DNA from: Rhodosorus marinus CCMP1338
Taxonomy: Eukaryota > Plantae > Rhodophyta
Direction: 5' to 3'
DNA length: 64,000 nucleotides
NCBI GenBank assembly: GCA_029953675.1
Contig: JAMWBK010000006.1
Span: 434,001-498,000 of the forward strand
A model generated the notes under the pieces. That model did not search any database. It was not told where the DNA came from and worked only from the letters and a program-made list of their open reading frames with translations. Of the stretch, positions 37,892 to 49,599 are shown piece by piece. Numbering within the stretch: the stretch's first letter is position 1; each line of letters starts with the position of its first letter. Position numbers and translations under genes: made by a program.

Positions 37892-39913
37892 TCAGAGCTG
37901 GTCTTGGTTAACCTTGCACGTGACGGAGTCGCTGGTAGATCCGCGAACCGCCTTGACAGTGATCTCAAAGTCCGTGAATTCGAATTCATCAGCATCAATT
38001 GGGTACTCACAACTGATGAGAACAGTACCAGCAGACTCGGGCAATCGCCGGGCACCCACTTTAAGCACGTCTCTGTCGATACGCATCTTCCCGAAAATCT
38101 GAGAAGGTCGCTGGGGAAGCTTGGGCTCTTCTCCCTGACCGTGAGCACAGGTTGAACCAGAACACGTTAGAGCTTCCAAACATAGGAACTGCGTGACGAA
38201 GACGAAGGCCTCCCCTACCTTCGGCACGCCCGTGCGTCCCCAGACGGCATAGTTGGGACCGCTTGCCTGAATCTTCCAGCCTCTCTCCGCGCTCGGGGCC
38301 CAATCTATCGGTCCAATCTTGATGTAAATCTGAGAGTGGCTTCCTTCCTCAGCTGCAACACGCGCAACGTATCCATTACCGTCGGCTTTCTCTATGTTCA
38401 CAACACTAGCTCTGTTGATTCCAAAGTTCTTCCGAGTCTGTTGAATACCAGAGAACGGATATGAGCTTTCAAGCTGGGAAAAAATGAATGCGACCTTGAG
38501 GCAGATTCTCACCTGAATAAGATCCTTGATCTTATCCTTCAACTTCCAGTCGAAAACGTGGTCCCAGAAGACTGTAGGTACTCCAGGATGAGTAAGAATA
38601 TAAGCATACCCTTCCATAACCTTTTCTGAAGGCCAAGGCCAATGCTGCTGTGAAGATCCAGTATCGTGATTGTCGATGAAAGTCACGGTTTTCTCGGGCC
38701 AAAATCCGAGCAAGCCGCTTGGCTTTCCCCTGCGGTCTTTCAGCCTCCAGTACTCCTGATTCTTCACAGCCTGAACGAAAGAAAATGTACATAGGAAACA
38801 CTAAGTAGGCAGACTCTGCTCGTCGACTTGCAAATGGGAAGTCCCAGGAAACGAGTTCACAAGACATACCTGCATGAGGATACCCTTGGTGGTGAAGTCA
38901 AATGCACTAGATTGCTTGCCGGTGGAATCAATCCATTTACAGATACGAGAACGATGGCTGTCCTGGTTCTCTTTCAGGAACCCTCCATCATAATCTAGCG
39001 CATCCCAGAATTCTCCCACGCAGAGGTAAGGATCAGTTGCATTTATGTATTTTCCAACAAACTCGCCTGAGAACCCTCGAGCGTAATCGATTCTCCAGCC
39101 TTCGAACCCGATCTCCTTAAGCGACTGAAGCCAGTCAATGATATCCTTTTGAACAAACTCTGAATGCCATCACAACGGGAGGGGGAATATTCCTCAGCCA
39201 TTCTGCTACGGTTTCCCATCACACTCGTTCGTGCGCCCTCCTTACCTTGTCTGTGATCGATGTTAGGAGCTATGGTGATGGGTACTCCTGTTGATTGATG
39301 CCCCCTTCCAGGAAATGATGGATCATTGGCAACGATCGCCGTGTCATCCCAAGAATACTTGCCTCCAAACTTGGTCCATGCTCCGTTGGATCCTAGGAGA
39401 GAGATTGAGGATCGTATATCAGAACGTGTTCTAGGAATCCAGTTACTAAGACATGTGGGCGTATACCTTGATACGATGCACATCGATGGTTCAGAACAGT
39501 ATCAGCGATCGGATGGATTCCGGCTTTCTTCAGGCTCGATAACAGCTCTCTCAGATCGCCTTCTGGTCCGTACGCGGACTCAAGCTTGTCCAGCACCCGA
39601 GGTAAATATCCTTCCTTTGAAAGAGAGTCCGTCGGTGGTGGTAGCCATACCATCGTGACACCCATTTCCGCGAGAACCCCGACATTGCTCAGCACTTTCT
39701 TATACCTGTTCGGAGCGCCACAAACTTGCGAATTTAGAAATCAACAGAGAAAAGGAAACGAAAAGAACGAGGCCTTGCTTTTCTCAAGCCACGATCCATC
39801 CCTCCGCAAAGAGAAAAAACCTGATCCGCGACGTACCAATTTCCTGCACTGCCCTTGTACTTGGAAGAGTCCCAATCGAAAGCTTGAAACAATACATCGT
39901 GTTGGAACTTCAT
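37892..39913 (-). CDS. AMY: GH13 alpha-amylase (plant AMY-like), probably cytosolic, with an 80-aa C-terminal extension
   Basis: VLFQAFDWDSS, VWLPPP..S....GYLP, ADTVLNHR, APNIDH, GWRIDYARG, VGEFWD, FDFTTKG and VTFIDNHDTGS. The start is taken as MKFQ (ATG 39913); the upstream ORF at 39928-40143 could not be spliced in frame. Confidence 0.93.
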
Positions 39914-41082
39914 CGCTAGAAAAGAATCTAAAGCACCAGGATCCTAGAAACGTACAGCAGAAGTCCTATGATCAATACCGGAAGATCATAACTACGAACC
40001 CGGCCTGTAGGTCGTCGCCGAAATACTAGCGAGTATCTCATCGGCCCCAAAATATCGTTGCGCAACGACCGTTGCCATCGGAGTGGTGGCGACAACCTGT
40101 GCTCAGGGCAAAGGTTTAGACGGCGTAAAATGCCCATGGTCAATGTTCAACCAGATTCATAGTACCAAGAGGCTTGGTGTTTGATTATGTCATTAGAGTT
40201 TTCGTCTTGTCTTTTCCCGCCGATCTTCCCGCCTACAAGATGCAGATAAAAGGGGCGCCATTCTGACGGCAGTTTGTGCTACTCTGACTGTGCGTGTTAG
40301 TTTTGTCGCAGGTTTATTCACGCCGGGATACATCTGTATGATCGGAGGCCTGTGAGCTTATCTCAGAGCAGTGTACTCTATGTAGGTCGAACATATGTGA
40401 GTGCGGATCATAACTCCTCACTCACGAGTGAAAATTCCGGATGAGTCGTGCGATTTCTATGCATACCATCATCGGAAATTGTCGCAGTTGCACGACAAAC
40501 TTGAGTGCCAGGCATATACCAGCAGATCTTTGATCCTTCACTAGTGCTACAGTCTTGCAGAGCCAAGATGCAAAGCAAACAAATTATAGTACATAGATAG
40601 TTGGAAATAGTACACGCGAAATCAGAGTGGCCCAAACGCAATAGGTTGATAAATTTTATCAATTCAATACATCAAATCTGTTTCGGAACATTCTCATCTA
40701 CTGAAATTCTTGAGAACTTCAAAATAAAAACCGGCGAGCGGAGACGAGATGATGAAGCCGAAGACTGCTGGACCCTGCCCCGCGTCGTTTCCGGCTCTCT
40801 CAAGTACTTTTATGGTGGGTCCAATGATGCTTGTTGTAGAGATTTTTTATTTTTCACATTGGTTCGATGATCATCGAGAGTGATCTTGAGTAAACTGTTC
40901 CGAGATGACATCCCCGGCGGCGAACCCCTCAGGTGCTCCGGTCGTTCTCTCCAACAATGGGACTACAAAACGCCGGCTCCAGTTTATGGCGATTTGTTCA
41001 GAACCTAGCTATTTAGAACATATCAGAGTGAATTCTGACTACAAGCGTCAAGGAACAGCACTGTGCATAGTGTACAATCGTT

Positions 41083-41146
41083 TGCGGAAGGGCTCGAACC
41101 CGCGACCATCAATTGAAACGCTACCGCTTCTGGTCAACTACCATCA
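41083..41146 (-). ncRNA. tRNA-related structured element, copy A (B-box GGTTCGAGCCC)
   Basis: Minus strand TGATGGT-AGTTG-ACCAG-AAGCG-GTAG-CGTTT-CAATT-GATGGTCG-CGGG-TTCGAG-CCCT-TCCGCA; intact Pol III B-box-like T-loop; no canonical D-arm or anticodon arm. Confidence 0.4.
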
Positions 41147-41214
41147 GCCTAGATTCAAACAAGCCTCGCAAAAAATCCTGCGAGGGACTACGAGGGTGGT
41201 GAATAGAAATCCTT

Positions 41215-41277
41215 CGCCATAGGGATCAAACCCTCGACCATCAGATGAAGCGCTCGCACCTCCAGCATCTTACGGCA
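41215..41277 (-). ncRNA. tRNA-related structured element, copy B
   Basis: Minus strand TGCCGTA-AGATG-CTGG-AGGTG-CGAG-CGCTT-CATCT-GATGGTCG-AGGG-TTTGAT-CCCT-ATGGCG. It has the same fold as copy A, with a T6 run about 40 nt downstream on the minus strand. Confidence 0.4.
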
Positions 41278-41719
41278 CCTCTCTATTGGTCCCAGGATGG
41301 GACCCAAAAAACCGTTATTCTCGTTGTCCCAGAATATACCCTTTTCCCTAACAACAACCTTTTTTATTTCTTAATGTGTTAATAAAATATAATGTTGGCT
41401 TTTTTTACAAAGTACGCTGTTATTATTAAAATAATACGAATATATCTGTATTGATTATTAAAATAATTTACGGGATAAAACAAATCAGGAAAAATTAGAA
41501 TATTCAATCACCAGTTTTGTATTTCGGATTTGATGACAACGTAGCTTTCTTACCATGAAAACTTTTTCGTGTTAGTGGTTAGCCTTGAGCGCTACGCAGC
41601 TCGTAATACAAACTAGGGAACGAGGAACAAACGCGTGCAAGCCAATGCGGCAGTAGTGAGGCTCGGCTAGCATGCTGCCATTAAAAGACACTGAGCCGGC
41701 GTAGGAGGACAAGATACTC

Positions 41720-43100
41720 GGCGAGATGGCCACCCGAAACATGCGGGTGGTATGATCCACGTAAAAGCAGCCCCCCAAAAATGTTTTGTTCTCAACTTAC
41801 CCTGCCACGATTCTTTTGTCTCAGCGCGCAGCTCTACAAGTTGGTACAGCCAGTAGGCACAAATTTTTGGCTGGATGTGCGGAGCGAAGTGCTGGAATCC
41901 GAAACCACAGTATTTGGTGCAATTGGAACTCTGGAATATCAGTATCCAAGCCAACTTGCTAGGAGTAGTCAATAGTACCTACTCAACACTCCAACTTTCG
42001 GCGGAGCAAGACCAAGCTTGGCACAGCCAGTGGGTTCGGCAAATTAGAAACCGCAAGTTGATAAACAAGCTTCCGACTCAGGAAACCTGTTCAGTTACAG
42101 GATTTAACCCGTTAGTCAGCGAGCTAGTCGGTTCGGCTTGGCTTCGACACTGTTGTCTCCGTGATGAGAATCGCACGTGTTTCCTCCCTTCGCTGAGCTT
42201 TTAGGCTCACTCCTTCCAACGCCCCATTAGGTGTAGAGGCTCGTTCTCTCTCTTTCGCGTAGTTTCCTCTTCTCAGGGTTGTTGCACTCCCTGAGTAAAC
42301 TATGATTTTATAGTTTACTCTCTGACCAAACTACGTTGACTAGATTCTTGTCCCCGCGTCTTGTTCTTGGGGACACTGTTTTTGGGACGCTTCATCGTGC
42401 AACCTCATGATTCGAATCCTCCATGTCGGATTCTATACTTGAAGAGACTCGACTGGAACAAGGTGGACAAGCCAGTCTATCTTCCCGGGCACTCAAGCGA
42501 GACATGTATGCTCAATGTTTGTCAAGGGATTGAGGTACATATTGTCAGATCTCCTTCGAGCTCCAGCATCCTGGTGGTGGAGCTCCCTCATGATGCTTGC
42601 GCATGCAGCCGGGAGAATACTCTTGGCCTGTGGCTATCGTGGTGTTAGAAGGCAAGCAACATAGCTGGATATGGAATAGGCCATGGGTGATATGCTTTTC
42701 CCCGGAACCGCTTCTGGATTCGGTCAAACTGGCAAAGCCGTGAGGGAGATCGAGCAGATTGGGAAAGCCGTGAGGGAGATCGAGCAGATTGGGAAAGCCG
42801 AGACTTTTCATTTCTTGCGCAGGGTGAGTGTAACAAAAACTCTCAAAGAACGATGCAGATTGGGAAGTCGAGACTTTTCGTTTCTTCCCGAGCATTTCTA
42901 ACAGCGTTTTTGGACACATCTCAAAAACATCTCCATTGTTTCGCGTGAAAGCGGAAATCCTTGGGAAAGTGAAGTGATCTCTGTACGGCGGGAGCTGGGG
43001 GCTGCGCAAGGGCAAAGGTTTCAGCCGTTCATTGTGGAAAGCTTTGGTCATCTTGAGAATTCAAGCTTGGAATGGCTCGCAAATGCTCTACTGGGCACCG
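41720..43100 (+). mobile_element. Decayed REL-endonuclease non-LTR retrotransposon (CRE/NeSL-like), C-terminal half
   Basis: Ordered motifs across frameshifts: PKHAGGMI (P..GGLG), VGSAWL...F..LGV, MLAHAAGRILLACGYRGV, GDMLFPG..GKAV..VSVT (PD..D-like region), and RFQPFIVESFG.L..SSLEWL (typical F.PF.VE.FG end of the REL domain). Confidence 0.6.
42734..42800. repeat. Perfect 30-bp tandem duplication (2.2 copies) inside the retro relic
   Basis: AAAGCCGTGAGGGAGATCGAGCAGATTGGG x2 plus AAAGCCG; a further diverged copy of about 33 bp at about 42855-42886. Confidence 0.95.
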
Positions 43101-44826
43101 CGCCGAGTATCCTGTATTCCTATAACCCGGTTCCGTGTACGGTTTCGTGCTGGAACTGGAGATTCAGTCGTAGGTGTACCTCGCTCAGATACCAGGGCAC
43201 CTATCTCCCCTTGCATTGCTACCTCGCAGAAACGTGGTTCGCTTGAGCTACGCCTAGATACGGCATAAACCGATCGAGAAGAGTACACTATTTCTTTAAC
43301 ACTCCCGTCCTTGGTTGCCATTATGGTCAGTACACAGAATCACAGACTGGGGCTAAGCAATGGCGGTTCCAATGAGCTCGCACCGGGAACGGCGAGTAAA
43401 AACAAATACCGTTTTGGAACCTCCGCAATCGTGCGCTCGCCTCAACCAACGGGTGGGCGCTGCTGAGCAGTACTCGCGCATAAACGGTCGGAATCTTCAG
43501 AAAAGGGAAGAAATAAATGTGTCAAGATTCTCATTCAGTGCAATGAAAACCGAATGACCAGGCCCATCCCGTCCCAAAAAAAGGAAGTGGGCGATCCTTT
43601 TTTTTTGTTGGTCCATCACTGGCGAAGGTAAATTTTTCAAGCAAATGGGAGGTGTTGATACTAAGCCCTGACAACGAAGTCGGACGATATTCCAAGTACA
43701 TACTCTAGGACTGCTGTCAGTCCTCAACGAGAGGGGACTTTAAGTCAAAACTCCTAGACCTAAAGATTGGACGTGGAAGTGCAATCCGTCAATTCTAAGC
43801 ACAATGGAAGCCACTACACAACTCTCTCGACCACTTGGCGGTTTTTTTTCCTCAGCAGAACAACCCTGCTCCCCAACAGGGAGGTGGCTCCCAAAACATT
43901 CTGTCAACTATAGTTAACGGTTTCTGAACCTGAACGTCCCTAGTGCTCGCGACGCACCCAGCTGTGGGTTGTGCGGAAACTGTTTGCTCATTTTTAAGGG
44001 AAGGTACTCCGCAGTTGCGTGTGGTCAGATGAGCAAGCAAGGATGCCTATCAAGCTCTGGAGGACGGCCACTACCAATTACAAACTCAATTCATTTACCC
44101 TCACCACTTTCAAAAAAAAATGGCGAGGGCAATATAATATAAGCCACAAGCTCGTCAACGCAAACGTAGAATGCAAACGTTTGGAAACTAAGAATACAAC
44201 CATGGAGAAGCGATGGAGCACACTACAGATCTCATCTATGCCGGATGATACATTCCTAAGACAATAGCTTTCCCAGTTAACTCCCCTTCCCCCCGGAGGA
44301 CCGTCCTTCACCAAGCCAAGAGATGCGTATTTATCAGACCCTTCCCCCACCCCCTGCTTTTGGTGGCCGACCGACACTGACCAAAATATTCGAAATGATT
44401 CCAATATGAGATTTGCCCTATCCAAAGTCTACAAAAAAAGTAATTTTCTAGTAATGCCTTAGATTTCCTATCATTTTAAGCTGCAAGAGCAAACATCCAA
44501 GCTTTTTCACTCACATCAATTTTTTATAAAACGAAATAAAACAATTTGGAGGAGCCGAATCCTAGTCTTCCAAAACTGTTCGGAAAACAGCGTCGGGAAA
44601 AAGCTCACAAGTACGGAGCGTGTGATGCATTGGGTTGATGATGATGAGATGAGAGATGGCAGGGTGGTAGGGTTTGCAGGTTTGCACATAGGGAAGATGG
44701 TAAGCTAAGATGGTGCTGTGCAATGGTTTGCCGGCTCTCTTTTGGGGGATGAACGGGGGAATCCAATGATTCATATTCGTGCTGCCGCCGCAAGAGAACT
44801 TTCTTGTTTCGCTCAGGCACGAATTA

Positions 44827-44894
44827 TAGATGTCAGGGGGAGCGCAGGGAGGATACTCGAATTTTAGATGGCAGGGGGAGCGCGAGGATACTCG
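44827..44894. repeat. Imperfect direct repeat of about 32 bp
   Basis: TAGATGTCAGGGGGAGCGCAGGGAGGATACTCGA / TAGATGGCAGGGGGAGCGCGAGGATACTCGA. Confidence 0.85.
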
Positions 44895-45549
44895 ATGGCA
44901 AAAACTCACCCTGTGTTCTTATGAGATATCCTTCTTCGTATTAGCGACCTCGACTGTTGTACTATACCTCGCCACACATATGACATGTGAGTCCCCATGG
45001 GCTCATTTTGGGTTAAACGTTACATTAACGCCGCGGTAAATTTACAGCCCGGTTCTCTCGATTTAGGCCATAGCCTCCCCGCAGAGTTATGGTCCATGAA
45101 CCGCATTGATCGTTTAACAGCAGGCTCCGAGATGGGGAGTTGTGGACCAATTTTTGTACCAACGTCAACGTCGCGATGCGAGCAGAGAACCAGGAGCGAA
45201 ACTGAGTAGCTAGTAAACCAAAGGGCTGCCATTCACAAGGCTGCGAAACTGATCGATCCGTATCTAGCTCAATGGACAATCTTACGTTTGTGGGCGCAGA
45301 AACCACTTGAGATGGGCGTTTGGGAGAGCCCGAAAGAGTGTGTTCAAGAATATGATAGGGGTTTCTTAATTGTGCCCAAATCTTCAGTTTTGAGATGGTG
45401 CCGTGCAATGCGTGAGATTCGCACACCCACAAGCCCCTGCGCAACGGGTTAAGACAAAGAAGAAAAAACACAGTCCTTCCCATGCCATCCCCCTGAGGCA
45501 AAGTCAAAACTGGCCTTACAAATAAAAATGCAAACCAACATTTCTCCCC

Positions 45550-47550
45550 CCCCCCGTTTTTTTTTCTCGTGTTGTGGACTTGGCCTTCACCACCTCTCCG
45601 CATGCACATCGTGAGCGATCGGATGGGCCGCAACACAAGGACTCAAAACAAGGACTACCTGGCTGGACGAGCAACAAACAACCTACCACGGTGACCAGAA
45701 AGCCAATGGTGGCGGATCTAAACAGAGAATCAGAAATAGGGAAATGATTGCTTATCAATTCCAAGAGAATATCGGAATGAGAGTTCCGAATCCGACGAGC
45801 CCCTGAAAAGCAAATAAAGTTTACTATATTTGAAATGTTAATGCACAAAATTTTCTAGGGTAGAAAAAAAAAGTCCAGAAAGAAAAAATTTTATGGACTC
45901 CTTCCAAGTTTCGGGTGGACATACTCACTCCACATGACCCTACCACCCCAACGCATTCTGCTGGACTAAATTTTTTTTGTAGGGGGTCCCACCCAGCCAT
46001 GCATCAAAAGTTTACAATAATTCATGCAAGGCCTTTGAGCGCTCTCCGGGCATGTCTCTCCAATCTTCTGTACCTACGGGGGGTGGGGGAGTGGTCCCAG
46101 AACGGGATCAGATTGCGAATCGTGTTCGATTCTGCTTTCCGGTAGACAAAGTAAAATAAACGGTAAAATTCACACTTACTTTGTACAGAGGAAATATTTT
46201 ATCCAAACAAATACCATCACAACACAGGCAAATGAAAACAAGATCAACTCATGACCCCCTTTTTGGAAAGAAAACAAAGGGTCACTTCTGCCGAATCCTT
46301 TTTTGGGGGTTCTTTTTCCGTTAACACCCTTGGTCATCTGAGCTGCAGTTTTTGTTCACGAATAAAAAAAAGAGAACGGATTCATGTTTTTGTTGAAGAA
46401 TTTTTGGACGCCCAATGTTGGATTCGACCATCGGGTTAGCTACGTATAATCTTGAATTCAAAAAAAAATAAGGGCAGAACAGTCCTCTAACGCGGCCACT
46501 TCGGCTAAGATTCAATTGGTTTCGGTGAAAGTTCATTCGCCACTGAAAAGGTAGTTTACGAAACCAAACCAAAAAAGCACGAGCAAACTTCAAAAACTTA
46601 ACGCTTTTTCATACTCGTGCTCGGCGTGGTCTGCTGATCCCACACAAATCTGCACCACCACCGAGTGAGAATTGCCTTTATTTCTTTGTTCAAGCTTTTT
46701 GGGGTTTCGTATGGATTTTTTTATTCGTTTTCTCGTTTGTATATCGAGCCTCTCCGACGCGGAGAAAAAAACGTGGATCGAGATCATGCGGAGGAGGAGC
46801 GTCCATTTGATGAGGCAAATCAACAGGGGTTAACGCCACTTGGACAAACTTGATAAATTTCTCTTCTTCCGTAGCGCGGGCCCAAAACTATTTTGAGAAA
46901 GAGACTTTTCGATTATAATGACTTATTTTCAGTCAAGATGATTTCAAAATGATCTTGGGAAGAGGTATGGTTTCAACAGAATCTACTTCCAGCTTGTTCC
47001 TTGGTCTCATGGGACGACGCATCCAAAATGGCACCATTTTTCCCCCGTGCTTTCTTTCAATAGAAAAACATGCTTACATCGAAGTTCAACCAGGTGCGCA
47101 ATCCAATTCTTCCACATTGCTGAGCGAAAAAAAAAAAAGGCAGGTCGAGGTGTCTCGGCTGTCTTCCAGCGAATTGTCTCTCTCCCCTGCGCAACCTCTT
47201 CCCCCCCCCCCTTTAACACAAAAAAAGCACATGGCAGCTGCTTGGCATCTGTCTCACATGCGCCATCAACATATAATGGGTGCTCGGTTCTTGCATAATA
47301 ATTCCGCATCACATCTTCCTCTATCAAAGGGGGGGTGGGAGGTCCCTAGAACACAACTGAACCAAAAAAGCCAATGGAATTTATTATAGTCGAAACGGTT
47401 TTTGGTCGGTCCGCGCCCCACACAACAGACAGCAAGGTCACTCACCTCCTCAATAGAACTTCGAGCAGAGTGAGACCAACTGTTCTCACGTGGGGCGCAA
47501 GCCTTTCCGTTCTTCGCAATCCCATCTGTTTTTATAAATGAAACAATATC
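45550..47550 (-). mobile_element. Decayed MULE/Mutator-like DDE transposase relic
   Basis: PLYVDGACETDAKQLPCAFFVL (first-D region, D.T..T....LP), KWCHF (C..H), AFLVWFRK..FQWRMNFHR...ANPMVES (W...R..TNN..ES), and a possible SWIM remnant RCAC..KC. Heavily broken by homopolymer frameshifts; no TIRs found. Confidence 0.4.
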
Positions 47551-48364
47551 CAACGCATAGCCAGATGACTGGAAGCGTCACATATTGTTTTGCTGTATTA
47601 AAAACAAATAGGTATAATTTCGAAGCGTCGCTTAGCTCTCTCGGGATAGGCGAAACAATTTTCCCCCTTTTTTCGTCCGTCTTGCCACCCCCTCAAATTG
47701 TTTTTTAATTGGAGTACCAGAAAACCGTTGGAGGCCGACCAATAAAACCGGGGGTACACCCTACCGGTGTGGAACGCGGGCCGCTAAGATAAACAAAGAG
47801 CCTCAAAAGTTTACTAATAATCAATAAACACCACTCGCCGCCTGGTCGCTCGAAAAAAAGAAAAATTCCGGTATACATCAATTCTCACCTTTATTCTTTC
47901 TTTTTTCGCAAGGTTTTTTGGGCGGGGCTCTTCCCCCTTATTTTGGAAGCTCCTTTTCTCAATCGCTCCTGCCTTCCACGGGGTTTCTTCGGCACCCTTT
48001 TTGCAACCCTTAAATTTATTGTATAAAAACAAGTTCGGGTTTTCCGCAAATTAGTTGTTCCGCTTTTTTTTATTAGCAGATGATATCCATCTTTTTTCTA
48101 AAGCTTTGCAAGTCCACGATCTGTTGTGTTGCGTTTTTTTTCTTGTTTTTTATTTCTCTGCTGAGTTTTCGAGGTTTTCGTTTGTCCGTTGTTGTTTTGT
48201 TTTTAGATGCTCTCATTGCCCTGTTGCATTTTTCTTGTGCAATGATGGAAGCTTTCGTGTTTCTTTGGGCCTTTTTTTGTGGAGTTTTTGACATTTTATG
48301 TGAGTGAACCATCCGCTTTAGTACCGTCTGGTATAAAGTAAATTTGGTAGGTGAGGGCAGAGGG

Positions 48365-48837
48365 GGGCGAAGGGGGGAGCGGAGGGTTGAAGGGAAGCGG
48401 CCTCTTGTTGCGGGGGGCGATAGAGAGTGTGCGTCTCTCGAGGTGTGAATCTAGTAGTGTTTGTTTGATTTTGCCTTGTTTCCGCGAACGAAAGAGGGAG
48501 AAAATTCCGTGGTTGTTTTGAGTGCTGTCAAGGTGTGATGTTGTGAAGTTTGACTTTGGATGTGGAGGAATTTTATATAGCACAGAGATGGAGATAAGGG
48601 ATTTACTTTGCAAGGAGACTGAGCCGCTGCCTCTCGATTCCAAGTGGGTTACGAGAAACCTGCTCGGCGAACGGGGAGATGTACATGAGTGGGAGGGAGT
48701 TGGCGAAAGAGCGTTCACGGCCGCGGAGGCTCTGCAGAGGCGGAAACGATCCTATCTGTGCCCCAAGTGCAACCAGTTGTACGGGACAAAAAGCTCTCTG
48801 ACAAGGCATCAGCGGGTCGTGCATAACCACGAGCGCC
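48365..48837 (+). repeat. Left arm of a 473-bp inverted duplication
   Basis: Reverse complement of 50736-51208; no mismatch found by eye; both arms give identical translations in the ORF track. Confidence 0.97.
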
Positions 48838-48980
48838 CGTATGCATGTCCCGTTTGCAACAAACGGTTTTCGTCAAAGAGCTGTGTCAAGAGGCACGCGA
48901 GAATACACGTGGCCTCGAACATGCGGTTTGCACTTCCAACTGTTCAGGTGCATGAAGTAGAACCTGGCAAACTGGCGTAG
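48588..48980 (+). CDS. C2H2 zinc-finger transcription factor (2 fingers, 130 aa)
   Basis: YLCPKCNQLYGTKSSLTRHQRVVH-NHERPY-ACPVCNKRFSSKSCVKRHARIH with a TGEKPY-like linker; N-terminal MEIRDLLC. Confidence 0.92.
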   Translation: MEIRDLLCKETEPLPLDSKWVTRNLLGERGDVHEWEGVGERAFTAAEALQRRKRSYLCPKCNQLYGTKSSLTRHQRVVHNHERPYACPVCNKRFSSKSCVKRHARIHVASNMRFALPTVQVHEVEPGKLA

Positions 48981-49599
48981 TGTCTATAATCGAAGCCAGT
49001 CTATTGACGAGAGATGGGAGGAAAGGTCATTGCATAGTCATTCTTAAAGAGGCGCCTAGTTGCGTAGCGTATTTAGTTCTTATCGTATCCTATGGATACG
49101 CTGGTGAATAGTAGACGTCGTCCCTCCCAATTTGACATCGTATCTCACGAGCAGGTCATCATTGATGGGAACTAGCATTAATAAAGTCGGAGTTGCACAG
49201 TTTGAAGATAAAACGTATCTTAATCAGCTCTCTGAGCTATTAAGCTAGTCTGCCTACCGTTTCACAGCTCGGATCGTATCTCGTCTCCTGCTCATGAGAA
49301 AACGAGATGCCTACCGGTTAAACATTCTATATGACGTCACATGAGTTTTAGGGTCCCCCGGTCTCGGTTTAGCCTATGGCCTCTGTTGAGGGGTGCACTT
49401 TCCAAAGGATTTCCGTCGCGCTTATCTAAAAGGGGAGGAATTTGATATACGTCGGAAACGTCGGTCTGGAAGAAATTTCATCGTTCTTTCGAAGTGAAGT
49501 GACAGGCAGTGGAATGGCAGTGGAATTCTGTGACCGATTTTAGCAAAGGTGATGATGGTAAGGTGGCCTGATGTGGTCACCGATCCATCAGTTGAAAGC

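Noticed and set aside
39928-40143. Upstream ORF as an amylase targeting peptide
   Set aside because: Could not be spliced in phase onto MKFQHDVLFQAFDW using a canonical donor; treated as 5' UTR.
41083-41277. tRNA-Sec, opal suppressor or permuted tRNA interpretation (both copies contain TTCA; permuted tRNAs are known from Cyanidiales)
   Set aside because: No anticodon stem forms around TCA, there is no long variable arm, and no matching 5' half with a D-arm was found nearby on either side.
42734-42800. Possible CRISPR-like repeat
   Set aside because: Head-to-tail 30-bp duplication with no spacers, in a eukaryotic context, with no cas genes.
43950-44250. Weak resemblance to an LTR integrase core (H...NANVE....L..K)
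   Set aside because: Too few conserved residues, and no LTRs, PBS or RT motifs found.
45025-45636. 203-aa minus-strand ORF
   Set aside because: Runs through homopolymer tracts in the TE-debris zone with no coherent domain; treated as a chance ORF or relic.
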